Assembly: GCA_001938485.1 (NCBI GenBank)
Contig: MQRK01255023.1
Span: forward strand, 1 to 64,000
From: Girardia tigrina
Taxonomy: Eukaryota
Direction of reading: 5' to 3'
DNA: 64,000 nt
The position numbers and the translations under genes are program-made. Below are positions 36,294-49,400 of this stretch, piece after piece. Under the pieces are notes generated by a model. That model was not told where the DNA came from and searched no databases. It saw nothing but the letters and a program-made list of their open reading frames with translations. Numbering within the stretch: position 1 is the first letter of the stretch; every line of letters starts with the position of its first letter.

Positions 36294-37150
36294 ATGAATA
36301 TTTCTCGAGTCAACAAACCCGAATTGATCATTGAACTGGAAAAACGTTTTCTACCGACGACCTGTTTGAAAGACGAATTTAAATGGCGACTACTTGAAGT
36401 AATCAAACGAGAAAATCGCGACAATGAAGAATAAATTGGCAATGAATCGAATGAGAGTAACGAGTTCGGTAATGAACGTGAGAACGACAACGAGCGCGAG
36501 TCGATTAGTGATAACGATTATTCGAATGAGAACGACGAGAACGAAACGAATTTTTCGAATCAACAAATAATAGAAATCGAACAGAAAAGAAGATGAAATG
36601 ATAATTGGTGCCGATAAGTCTACAGTTTTAACAGTTGATTACGGGCCATTAGTATACTTAGGCATATACAGGAAGAAGGTCGATACGTAACCAGAATGTA
36701 TATGTGATCTTCTTGCTTTAAAGAATTTACTGAGTAGAAGGAAGTCACAAGACGTATCTGGCCACGGCGCCGACGAAACAGATATATGGTGGTTCCTACA
36801 TATTTCCCATGGAGAACTGTCACAAAATTTATAAAACTAATGGATGGCTACAACGGCATTTATTAATTGATCATCGAATCCAAAGTAATGGTACTACATT
36901 CCAAGTAGTACAAAGAGCAGAAACAGAAATATGTTCTGGTCCTTTGAACTTGAACGCGGAACATGATAGGTCAGTGTCTGTCGGTGTAATTGATGAGGAC
37001 TGTCCAAGAGGAAATCCCTAGTGTGGTGCTAATTTTTAGGTTGGATAATATAACGGATAAGGGAGTGTTTCATTGCCCATTTCCCCGTTGTACTAAGTGC
37101 GTTTATACAGCCAGAAGTCTCCAGAATCACAGAATAAAGGAATATGACTG
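36294..37150 (+). pseudogene. Degenerate SAP domain plus acidic tract plus C2H2 zinc fingers (probable retroelement N-terminus)
   Basis: MNISRVNKPELIIELEKRFLPTTCLKDEFKWRLLEVI (SAP-like), an E/N/D-rich tract, then YIFPMENCHKIYKTNGWLQRHLLIDH and FHCPFPRCTKCVYTARSLQNH. Multiple stops. Confidence 0.55.
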
Positions 37151-39145
37151 GCCACTTATCAGACAGCTCTATATTTTGTTGGAATAGTATAAAGAATGTT
37201 TTATTTCCAGTTTTTCTCAACACTGTTTTGAAAATACTATTTGAAATAAAAATTTTTGATAAAAAGTAAAACTGATTAACGATCGTTTAATAATAATGAA
37301 AAGGAATAATGAACGATATTATTGAAAATTAAGCAAAACGAAGTTTAAACTAGATCCCCTTTCCAAAATGCATGACTCCGTATCAAAATTAATTGAGTGC
37401 ACCATAAATAATAAAGTCATTTGAATAAATTCAATGATTCAAAGTAAATTAATGGTCTTTCTAACAGAAATATTTCTAAAATATGCCATTTTTTCAGGTT
37501 CCAAAAGACATTTATTTAACGCTAGATTTGATGAGACTTTGACAGAAAGAATAAAATATTATAAAATATTCATTTAGTTCAATTGATATATGAATTATTA
37601 GAAAGTTCATTGTTCGGATGTACTTTATCATTCCTCGCATTCACAGTTTCTCATATAGATAACCATGACTTATTATTTCAAATTTAATTTCATGAACATG
37701 TTACGTTAATTGAATATGTAATTCACATGAATCACAAAGTTTTAATCTCCAAAAAAATTTCTAAATTTTGGTAAATATTATAAGCACAAAAATAAATATA
37801 ACACAAATACCTGAAAACCACAAACAAATATTGATACGAAATTGTATATATATTTTTTAAACTATTTTTGAAATTGAATAAACTTTTATTAAATAAAAGA
37901 AACAGAATAGGAAAATAAATGTAGTTCAAATGAAGAGGAACGAAGAATTGTACGTATTTATTACAACAATCCAAAAGTTATTGATTAAATAACATAAAGT
38001 AATAAAAAAATAATCTATATCAATTTCAATATAATTCCTTCAATTTACTATAAATCAATAATTAGTATTTTCTTTTATCTTCACAAAGAATAATTTGATT
38101 AAAGTAAGCTAAAATTATCTTCATTCATACATATTTTAAAAAAAATCAGAATACTGTCACATCTATAGCAACACCGACAGCTTCACAATACGTACATCAT
38201 TTATGTATACCTATGTAAGGTATGTGCAAAATATGTTTGTATGACATCGATTTAATTAACAATATATTACCGAATATACGTGGTGCATTCAAGAAGTATC
38301 CCACCTAAGGTAAAAAATATAATAGTAAACTTTAGTTTTTTTTGTGATTAAATAAATTAACATTTCAGTAATTGTTTTATTTTATCAAACGCATTTAAAA
38401 TTACTTTTATATTTTCAACTTGATGTCGGTTTTCCAATTATGTTTATCTATACATATTATATATAAGGGATTAAAAGAAGGCGAGACGTTTCGAGAAAGC
38501 AATCTCATCATCAAGTCAATCCACACCATGTACTCGATTTTAGCCGTCATCACACCCAAAACAATCCGAAATCTCATCGATATAATTCGACTGAAATGTC
38601 TGATCAAATGGCAATCTGAGAAAACAGAAAGTTTTTGCGACTGTACCAGGTTTGAGACTGGTAAACAATTTGGAAAAAAATGAAAAAATTCAAAACGAAA
38701 TGTATTATCAGTGTGTGATTGTTTTGCACTGACCAAATGTGTTATTATACTGAATGTCACCAGTCTCGAACCTGGTACAGTTGAGAACAAAATGTTCTCT
38801 CAGATTATCTTTTGGTTAGCTGTCAATTGTTACCATTTTCATATGTGTCCGTTACCTTTTACAGTACGGAATGATAGAATAAACATATCAATTTCTGAAA
38901 TGACAATCGATAGCTGCCAATAAGTAGTTTACGAGAATGGAATCGTGTTTAATGTATTGTTCTTTGATTATTAAAATAATGAAATAAATTTATTTTAATC
39001 CAATAATTTATTGGTAAAATGTTTTTTTAATTGTTGTATGTAAAGTGTGCTAGTTTAGTACATAATGTGGATTAACGTGGTCATTGTTTTCTCGGAACGC
39101 GTTGTTTTATTTTTATCCCTTGTATATAGATTTAATTTTGCGATA

Positions 39146-39331
39146 TTAAGGTGTTTAATTTTTTTCAAATTCCAGAAATTTCAAAACATTTGATATAAAC
39201 TTTTTTTATGATGAGAACATCTGTTAATAAAATTATTCCGTAATTAAAAAATCAAAAATTATAATATATATATAAAGTTCATATCAAATGTTTTGAAACT
39301 TCTGGAAGTTGAAAAAAGCAAACACCTTAAT
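39146..39331. mobile_element. MITE-like inverted repeat (about 60-bp arms)
   Basis: attaaggtgttt...tcaaaacatttgatataaacttt is matched in reverse complement by aaagttcatatcaaatgttttgaaa...aaacaccttaat. Confidence 0.7.
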
Positions 39332-39758
39332 ATATATTATATATATTCTTTTTTTTATTAACCCAGTTTTATAGGACGAAAAAAACCCAATTAAGTATTT
39401 ACAAAATAGTTGAAAAGTAAAATTAAAAAATTATATTATATATCTATATATATATAATAAGCATAATTGATTGCCTAAAGTCATCAGTTAAAAATATTTG
39501 TCGAAAAGTATAATTGGAGATAGATAAATATTACAGTACATGCAACAGCTAAACAACATTAAACTAGCAAACTCTTTTCCCGACACCCGAACAACCTATC
39601 CAGGTATCACAGCCGCTGGAATATCCTATATATCACACAAACATGCCGTGGTTGTATGTACGTATTTTGGTAAACAAAAAGCGCCAACAAATATTCAAAT
39701 TTAAAGTTAGTAAGTAATTATTATAGAAAAAAGACTTTCTTTAAGACGACACACTTAC

Positions 39759-39877
39759 TGAGGAATGTGAATTTTCCACCTTTCCATTGGACAAAACTGG
39801 TTTGTTTGATTTCAAATTGTTATTGCAAGAATGTGATGTGATTGGGATCGTTTCCACCGACGAATTCTCAACTGAGT
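39759..39877 (-). CDS. MACO1: Macoilin, probable upstream linker exon
   Basis: Acceptor ttttcag, donor GTAAGT; 119 nt, phase 1 to phase 0, in frame with the next exon. Reads xSVENSSVETIPITSHSCNNNLKSNKPVLSNGKVENSHSS. Supported by splice signals, phase and composition rather than homology. Confidence 0.7.
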
Positions 39878-41449
39878 CTGAAAATTACATTTACTAAATT
39901 AAATGTTTCGTCGTTTATCAATTACTAAATCCATCACAAAATAAAGAAATTTAATGGAATTAATTTTGCTGAATTTTTGTAAATTTTTAATTTTTCGATT
40001 AATTTTATTTGCTTTTTAATAATAATATATTTGCATGATAGATAAAAAAGAAATGATTTTATTAAAATAACCAAATATTTTAAAAATCACGAAAAATATT
40101 AATTGTTTTCCTTTGAATAACTATTTTTTATATTTTCAAGTATTACTGAAATAATCATTTGAATAAATATGAAGTTTTTTAATTCTGAAATTTCATTATA
40201 TCAAAAATTTAGGAATCGAGTTTAAAAGAAATATTTATAGAAAAGATAAAGGATTTGACAACGTAATAATATTACAAAGTTAACTATGATGGCCGCCCTA
40301 TAAAGTCCATCTGGTCATATACTAATTTCTTAAAAATAAATTTATAATATTAAAGCATTAACAATATGAAATGGTTACAACTAAAAGTTCGAAACCGACA
40401 ATAAAGACAGGTGAGGAAGTTACAAGATTTAGGCTCAAAATTATAAATCAATAGTGTGAAGGTAATAAAAATTTCTAAATTTGGATAAATCGTATTTCGG
40501 CAGAGAATGACCAAAAGTCCTAACATTGTACCGCAATGTACAATGGTTCAGGATAAGACTTAAAGAAACGATCTTCAGATAACCCTAGATTGTTCTTAAT
40601 TAATAAAACATGATTGTAAATCCCATGTCAGAATTAAATTTAATGAGAATTTAGATGCAACAATCCTTAGGAAATTGGATTATAATAAATTTTGTGTCCA
40701 TGTTTATTATAAACATTTATAAAATAGAATAAATTTAAAGTTTTCTATCTTGCAAATTAATGAACTTTTAAAATAATTTTAAGTTAGACATCAGGAGAGA
40801 TCATACTAAAATTTATAGTAACTTATAAATATCATAATGTTATTTCTTTATCATCTGAATAATTCTTAACCTCTAAGCTTTAAGAGAACTGACTCTCCTT
40901 ATTTAGTACATATTCCTTACTCCTTAATTGTCTAACGCCATGTATATGAATATGCCACTAAATACGGGGAGTCGCAGTTCTCTGAAATAACTAATGGGCT
41001 AAGAACAATTCAGAAAATAAACAAATAACATTCTGAAAATTTGTAGTAATGATAGTTTAAAAGTAAACAGTTTAAATAACGATTTAATTTATATCAAATG
41101 ATTAATTCTCCTTTTTTCAAGAAAATCGTATTCTATTTGAGAGATTGTATTATAAATTATTAAATATAATTATCAATTAATTTTGAAAACGTTAGATATA
41201 TTATTTATTGTTTCTTTCTTTGGATATTTTCTGTTTTAAATAAATAATAAATTATATAAAGTTATATAAACTTTAAAATTATAATTATGTATATTAATTT
41301 GAGGTTGTGTAATAACGGGTGTAAAATCTAGACATTTTGCCAATCCCCAAAAAAGAACAAATAAAGGTCTAATCAAAGTAAAACTATTTTTAGCAAATGA
41401 ACAGGACAAGTAGAACATGAAATACATATTAAACAAGAGATAATGGTCC

Positions 41450-42480
41450 ATTACTACACAAATCTTATTCGGGCTCTGACAATCTTAAAATCATTTTGCA
41501 AATGCGACATGTCCATTTCATTCAATGATTTCTTCACCTTACGCTTCAACTACATGATGTTAGTGGCCTCCCAGCCTCCCTTGTAAACTTCGGATTTAAG
41601 ATTGACCCAAAAATTCTCCACTAGACGGCATTAAAGAATGTTTGGAGAATTGGATGTCTTGGGCACAAAAGGGATATGAAGTGACTGCAACATTTGCAGT
41701 GTGGAATTTGCGTAATGTGTTGACGTAAGGTCTGGCTAGAACATAATATTGCTCTCTAAATAAAGCGAACCAGTGCACTGTTAATGCAATGTTCCTGATA
41801 TAATTTGGCATTGATACTATTGGGGCGTTCAAGAAACACAGATTCACTAACCTTTCCATCCTCTGAAACACAGATCCAGATATGTCACCAGAAAGAGAGT
41901 GGTTTGGATGTCCAAGATTTAAAATTTGATTGTTTCCGAGTAGATAATCAGATTTGAGTTTGAAATAACACTCGTCATCCATGAGAATCATTTTTCCTCT
42001 CAAAACTTCAAGTAATTTTCCTGTACTATGTTCTGCAGTCTTTTCTTGTTCAGATATACTGTGAAGCTATAATTCGTTTATAATATCTAATTCCCCGTTC
42101 ATTGGGAAAATTTCTGATGGTTTGATGACTCACATTGTGCTTCTTGGCTTTTTGTCGGAGTGACATACCCCTTTTGTTTAATAACCATCGACAGATGCTG
42201 GTGTTGGGCATTGGTCAGTTTCTTATGTCCACCACTCCCTGACTTGTAAGGCACATCAAAATTCATCTGTTGTCTTGTAAGGATGGAGTAGATTGTCGAG
42301 TGTGCAAATCCTTATTCTAAGAAGTGTTACATGGTGAAGGATTTTCCTTTCGTGTAATGCATTCTTCAAAATCTGCTAACACTGTCTCGGAATTGTTGCT
42401 CTTTCATGACTATGGTAGGCAAATGACTAACTGCAGGATGACGAAATGTTTTTTAATCTACACATGGACCAATCAGAATT
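41450..42480 (-). mobile_element. IS630/Tc1-superfamily transposase remnant
   Basis: STIYSIL...KSGSG (HTH), MILMDDECYF, NIPQCRPVENFWVNLKSEVYKGGWEA-like DDxE motifs, with frameshifts. Confidence 0.7.
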
Positions 42481-42595
42481 GCTTACCTCTTTTCTTTACA
42501 TTCAACTCTTTACTTTAAGTATATTAATAATTCAATTTTAAAATATCTAGATTTTACCTTTAAACCCTTTAATACTAATAACCTAACCATAACGA

Positions 42596-45364
42596 TAGGG
42601 GCTGGGGTGGAATCCGTACGGGCCGGGCATCAATTTACGGGCTACGGGCTACAGTACATGGCGCCTTTACATTTTTAGCTATCGGTCATCAGCAGAATTT
42701 TACAACATTGGAATGCTGTCATTTTACGGCCCGTAACCTATACCTTGCCGCCCGGACAAAACTATAAATTAGCCTCTTCATTGTCCAATATTTTTTGGAC
42801 ATACACATAATTTTAAATACTAAAAACATGAATATCGCCTGACAACAAGCACTTATAATTACAGTATGTGACAGTTAATACCGCAAAATTTAATACTAAA
42901 ATATTTAATCCAAAATATTAAAACTTAAAATGATTATTAAATTAAAATAATTATTTTTTATTTTAACTTTTTATTGTTAATGGAAATTAATATTGAATTA
43001 CAAACGTTTTTATATTTATTTTATTCAAGTTTTATAACCTAATTATTCCAAATTAATATCAAAACATTTAATCCAATAGGATCAATTAAATTTATAAAAA
43101 AAATTAAATGATTATTAAATAATTACAAAATAACTAAGAATAAATCTTTATTTCAAAATCCATGTACAAAGAAAAAGGATTTCACTTGTCAGTATCATCT
43201 TCATCAAAGCCGAGACAATCGAATTCACTGCATTCTTCAGTAATTAATGGAGAGAAATTGTCATATTTAAATGAGTGATTATATCGAATAAAAAGAATGT
43301 CATCCACAAATTCATTCGACATACTCGCTCTCAAAGGAGAATGAATAAATTTGTGGACACTAAAACACCTCTCCACAGCTGCCTCGGATACTGGTATCGA
43401 TTTGAGTTTATGTTCTATAAATAGAAACTTTGTGAGCGTCCAACCACTTTGTGAAGCCTACCTTCAGAAGCTTCAGATAACTGCTTTTGCTCATTCACAA
43501 ACATATCAAGGTAATCAACTGGATTCAGTAGTAAATGTCTGCGATTTTCAGCCACCGCTGCCAAGTGGTCCCAATCGGATTCAGAGGTCTTTGCTACTGC
43601 TTTGGAGAACTCTTTGTACGTCAGCCAATCACAACCGTCCTTTTGAGCAACATTGAGTACATCAATGAAAGGAGAAAAAGCTGATATTGTGTTCTCAATG
43701 CGAACAAGAATATCAGAATTTTATTCGTCCGTCTTGTACACGGAGGTATTTCACCAGATCAATAAAACGATCGAAGACACTGTTCCATCTGGTCTCACAA
43801 TAGCGCTTTATAATACCCCTCTGAATGAAGCCCGAGAGTATTCGAAAACCAACTCTAATGAAATCAACATTTTTCAACGCATCTTTAATTATAAGGTTGA
43901 TTATGTGAGCAGCACATCTTAGGGGCAACACGGCAGGGCGCTGTTGAAATACAAGCTCCATCACGGCAACCATACATCTGACATTGTCGGTAATAGCACT
44001 GATAAGCTTGATATCACAAGAATTCAAATTGTTCAGTACATCAAATACACACGTTGAAATAGACAGTGCACTATTGTCAGGTTACAAGAAACTCTGCAAA
44101 AACACTGGTTTTGGGGGTTCATTGGAGAAAAATATTAAGATTGTTAAATGTTTGTGGTGGGATACAGGATTTTTCCAACCATCTAGCATAATTGATGCCC
44201 ACTCACCACGATGCTTGTTCATCAAATCACTTTTAATTTCAACTGTCATTTTCCTCAATTCATTTCGAACATCATGACGACTGATGGATGGCAGACCAAA
44301 TCCTTTGGAAATGATGGGATCTTCAAAGAATTGAAGCGGTAGAATATGGCGACTACATACGAGTGTTAAAATAGATTTCTTTAAAGTGGATACTTCAACG
44401 CGGCACTTTTTAGCACGAGGTTCAATAAATCCACAGGAAATGAGAGTAAGATGCTGTTGACTCAAAGTTTACTTGGTCTTCTCTTTCGCGCTAGACACTT
44501 TTGGGTGTTTATTATCCAGATGTCGTTTCAAACTACGGGTCTTCTGTTTGTGATACTCAAATTTCGAAAGACACATCTTGCAGATTGCACTTGTATTTAA
44601 GTGATCAATATAAAAAAATGTGAATAAGTAGTAGACTGAGGAATTGTAGAAATAATATCTACTTCAGGTACCTTAACGATCTCCATTGTCTATTTGAATT
44701 GTAAGTTTATTATGAAAAAATTATTTTAAAAATACATAAGAACAGATTATTTAAACACATTATTTTGTAATTACTATTATTTTAGTCATAGTTTTAAGAG
44801 AAACTTTGAAAAAACTAAAACCATTAATTTATTAAATTATTTTGCATTGAATTTAAAATTAAATTAATATTTAATATTTTATATGGAGAGTTCTGACAAA
44901 GATTTTCAAATTTTGTAAACTAAAAAATATTTACATTATTCAAAATAAAATGATAAAATTAATTTTTCAAATTTATTTTATAAAAAAATTAATCATTTAT
45001 TTTTTTATAAACCTAATTGTTTCTACGGGATTAAATGTTTTGGAATTAATTTTGAATAGTTAGGTTATAAAATTTAAATAAAATAAATATAAAAACGTTT
45101 GTAGTTCAATATTATTTTAATGTAATAATCATTTTAATTTTTTAATGTTTTGGATTAAATATTTTGGTATTAAATTTCGCGGTATTAACAGTCGCATACT
45201 GTAATTATAAGTGCTTGTTATAATGCGGTATTCAGTGTTTTAGTATTTAAAATTATATGTATGTCCAAAAAATATTGGACAATGAAGAGGCTAATTTATA
45301 TTTTATAGCCCGTACCTCGGGCCGTGCAAGGTACGGGCTACGGACCGGGCCCCACCCAATGATA
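42596..45364 (-). mobile_element. hAT (Ac/BED-type) transposon with long inverted subterminal arms
   Basis: Transposase 44686-43182: BED finger (AICKMC...LKRHLDNKHP), SIMLDGWKN, AITDN, RCAAHIINL, ETRWNS, EAAVERCFS...HSPLRASM. GC-rich ends with acgggc repeats; inverted arms about 42764-43114 and 44989-45300. Confidence 0.88.
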
Positions 45365-46049
45365 GGCGATTAAACTTAGGTAAAGATCCACCTTGATAAA
45401 TTTCTCATTATCTTTCAAGCAGAAATTTGTTAACTCCAGATGTTCTTAAGATTTCAGATAATTAATTGAATCAAAATAAAAAGTAACAGTAATTTGAGAA
45501 TTAATTAATAATTTCTGACTAAAATTATTTAAAAATTGTCAAAAACCAAACTGACAAAATATTAAAAAAACAAATTTGGTCGTAAATGAAAATATCTACC
45601 TAATTAATTATTGTCAATAATAAAGAAATCTCATATAATTAAGAAATAATTTCTTTCCATAAATATTTCGCGAATCCTTCACAGTACAGAAAGTCGTGAT
45701 TAATTGAAATCAATCATATTCCATTCTCTCAAACTAATCTTATCGCTATTCCACAAGAGATTTGATTGTTTTTCGACTTTTATCAAATATGCATTCATAT
45801 ATATGTAAAGAAATATATGTCATGCTTAGTTTCCATTATTTGATTTATCCTTTTAATATTAATATTACTATAGTAGAAAATATTTTCTGTTATTTCAATT
45901 TTAAAACTGTCGATTTATATGTTTTGTCGTATTTGTATAACTCCTTGTCTTTATTCATATCATCTTTTTCATCAAATCTCAATTCACTAACTTTCAAACA
46001 TTTAATTCCTTCATTCTTTGATATTATCTTACTGACCGTTTCTTGCGCA

Positions 46050-46440
46050 GATGGAGGAAAGAAGTTCTGATATCTTAGAGAATTCGAGAAAAATGGAGGA
46101 AAGGAGAGATTAGTTTCTCACCTGGTGAAAATTTGTGCATATTGGAAGAGAACGCCAGACAGGGACATTGGATAATCGGGAGAATTGAACAAGTATTTCC
46201 GGTACGGGATGGAGTAGTTACAGTTGTCAATGTGGAAACTGGAGGAAAAATATATTGAATGCCCGTCAACAAACTTTTCAAACTGAGGATGATCCAATTC
46301 AGTTGAGCAAATAGAGTTTCGGGACGGGCGATAGGTCCAAGACAGCCCAGATCAAGTTTCGGGAGAGTTTCGAGAGACCAATCTCGAAACCGTAACCACC
46401 TGTTGGTGCATTTATTGTAATGCAATAAACTCGTTATGTA
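46050..46440 (+). mobile_element. BEL/Pao LTR retrotransposon 3' fragment
   Basis: RIREKWRKGEISFSPGENLCILEEN...WIIGRIEQVFPVRDGVVTVVNVETGGKIY*MPVNKL (DUF5641-like C-terminus), followed by PPT-like gggacgggcg. Confidence 0.75.
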
Positions 46441-49400
46441 ATAATCGTTAATTTTCGAAAAGGAGAGTAATGCGGTGAAGATATTTCGGTTCGGGTGCTG
46501 AGAGCTTTAGCAAAAGTAAAAAAATACAAATCTGGTCTAGGGAATTATACTGAGTAAATGATATGTTGAAAAAGTTATGAGTTTTGAATGTTTGTGGTGT
46601 GAACGTCACGAATGCTTGGAAAATAAATGAATTGGAATTTGATCACGAGTGATCAGAGGAGGGAGAATATTTAATCGCAAAAAGGGGGATGGAGGCAATC
46701 TGATGGAAAAAAGGAATATTCAATTTTGATTGTCTGTAATTGAGGATTTGATAAACAATTAAAAAATTTTACTTCAATCAACTTCGAAAAGTGGTGATCG
46801 TCCGCATAATCAATCCAAACCTAATTCATTTAGGGAGAACATTCCTAATGAAGAGTTGCGTAGATTCGACAGATCTAAACATTCTTCACAAAGTTATGAT
46901 GCATCTACCATATCTTTGAAATTCTTGAAAATATGAGTTCATTGGAATTGTCAACAAAAAATCAAACTGAAGAAACTAATGCATGGCAAAATAATGTTCG
47001 TCTGAAATTTGGTGAGAAATCATCTCTCAGCCAGTCAGACAGTGTTTCACTTATAACCGAGAAGAATGATATTCCTTCAAGCTCCAAATCGTCATGAGAC
47101 ATATATAAAAGTATTAACAATGGCAAAGTTTTCAGATTAACTAGACAACAACAAAATTAAAGTAACAGAACATTGTCATCGTCTTCATTCAGCTCCGAAG
47201 ATAAATTTATAAGTCCTTCACATATAAATGAAATTTTGCGTGAGTAAATGAATGGTAATAAGAGAATTCGACATCGGCAAAAATATCTTCAACAGTTGAA
47301 AAAAAAATAAATAAATCTCAAGAAAAGGAAGTCCTTAAAACGTCAGAGGAAGATAAAATTGAAAAAATAAATATTATATTAAAATATGATGAATATTTTT
47401 GCAGTCTTTGAAATTATCATTATCAACTTTAAAATATTTTCTTTATTGTATTGACACTTATTTTTTTAATTAATTAATTCATCTTTTCTATATAATTGAT
47501 TATTGAAACTGCTGTGATGTGTGATTAAATCACTATTTTCCTAATGATAATAATAAATATTTTAATTTTCATTAAATTATTAACAACGTTACTGACAGAA
47601 AGAATAATTATTTTATTATAAACTAGTGTTTAATAATTAAATGAGAATTAAGAATGATGCAAGAAAGGTTGATTACGGTCAAAGTTCAAAAATTAACAAA
47701 TTAACCCTGAAAAGACAATATTTAATCCAGATGTTCTACTGGTTATGTCATGGAGTATCTTCAATAATAAATTAAAATTAGATTGTGTAATATAATTTGT
47801 GTAATTTTTAATTAAAATTAAAAAAAATGAATACAATCTTTAGAAAATTCTAAAATAAAAGTAAGGAATTTTAATGCGAAGTAATGCAAAAGAAAAGTAA
47901 AATAGAAAAATAATTCTTGATAGAATGATTGATGAAAAGAAAATCAAGTTCAAGAACGAAAGAAAGTGTAGATAGTTTTATTTCTTTCATGAAGAGATTC
48001 AAAAAAAATTGACAAATACAATCTTCTCTCCCGTAAACAACGCCTAGGTGTTGCATGAAAATAGAATACCACCTATGTACTTTACTTGAATACCTAGGCT
48101 TTATATAAATAAAGTTTCTTAACTTTGTGAAATAAAAATAGCGTTATTTTTTGCAGTTATTTAGCAGAGATTAAAATCATCAATTTACGGTTTATGATTT
48201 TTTTTAATTTATGGTATGATTTTCATTTATTTTATGTGTTGTATTAGAATAATTTTAAGGAATTTTAAAATTTATTAAAAATGTTTCTACTAATATAATT
48301 TCTAAAAGTTTTATTCGAGGGAAACTGTTGCAACACTAACACATAATAGATGTCTCAAACAGATATTTAATACCTTTGAAATTATGATCATCTGATTTAT
48401 TTCAAATACTTAAATGAAAGTTGAGTTGTGTTATATACAATTATTCTTTTTAGCGTGATAATCCTACGTATTTAGTTTAAATAACAACGCAAAACATTGA
48501 CAACATCTTGCTAATTTTTAATTCAATTAAAAACTCAAGGATAATCTTCTAATGTGGTTTACATACTCTGTACTTCTCATCTGGTATAAAATAACTGCCC
48601 CATAATGAAACGTTACGATAAATAACAATATACTGTTGTATACCTCAGAGAACACGGTGAAGATAATCATTTCAAATCATAAGGATCTCCTAAATTTTTA
48701 AGTGCCGGAAAGAATAAATACAATTTCATCAAGAAACTTAATTACCCCGGATAAATTATCTATATCTATTTAAATTTATGAAATTAAGGGATTGTTGGAA
48801 AAAAAGCTTAAAGATTAGTGGTATATATAATAAGAATAAGCAAATGAATACCGAAGTATACTTATATATAATTTACTCATTACCAAAATGACATCTTTAT
48901 TCTGTACTAAAAACTCGGTTTCAAGTATACAGAATATGATAAGATGAAACTTGTAGTGTGACATATAATTAAGTAAAAAAAAGTAAGAATGAAACTTTAT
49001 TTCTTAAAGATTATTGTTGCAATTTCCCTTCCAAGTTTTAATCTCATTTCTATCAAAATTCTTCTTTAGATTGCTCTCTTTTAGATTTTCCGATAAATCG
49101 ATTTTCTTTTAAGTAAAGTTAGATTATAAATTAGCTGTGATCGCTCTATCCTCTCAACATCGGGGATAACTTTTGCTTCACTCAATATCAGACTCAATTA
49201 GGCTTTACTTTCCTCAGCAGAAATACTTTGACGATTTCTTTAATTTTCTATATCGGATTATTTTGAATTTGTTTGTCAAAATATACGAAGTATGAAGAAA
49301 ATTAAATTGTCTTAAAATGTCAAATAAAAAACTATGAAATCAATTTGAAAAATAAATCCGATTGGTTTATAAATTGACGAAAATTATTCGCTATTTTTCT

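Noticed and set aside
45880-46060. Lys/Asp/Glu-rich minus-strand frame as a candidate upstream macoilin exon
   Set aside because: No similarity to the macoilin transmembrane region or KQKEV..ENEFY motif; it abuts a BEL/Pao fragment.
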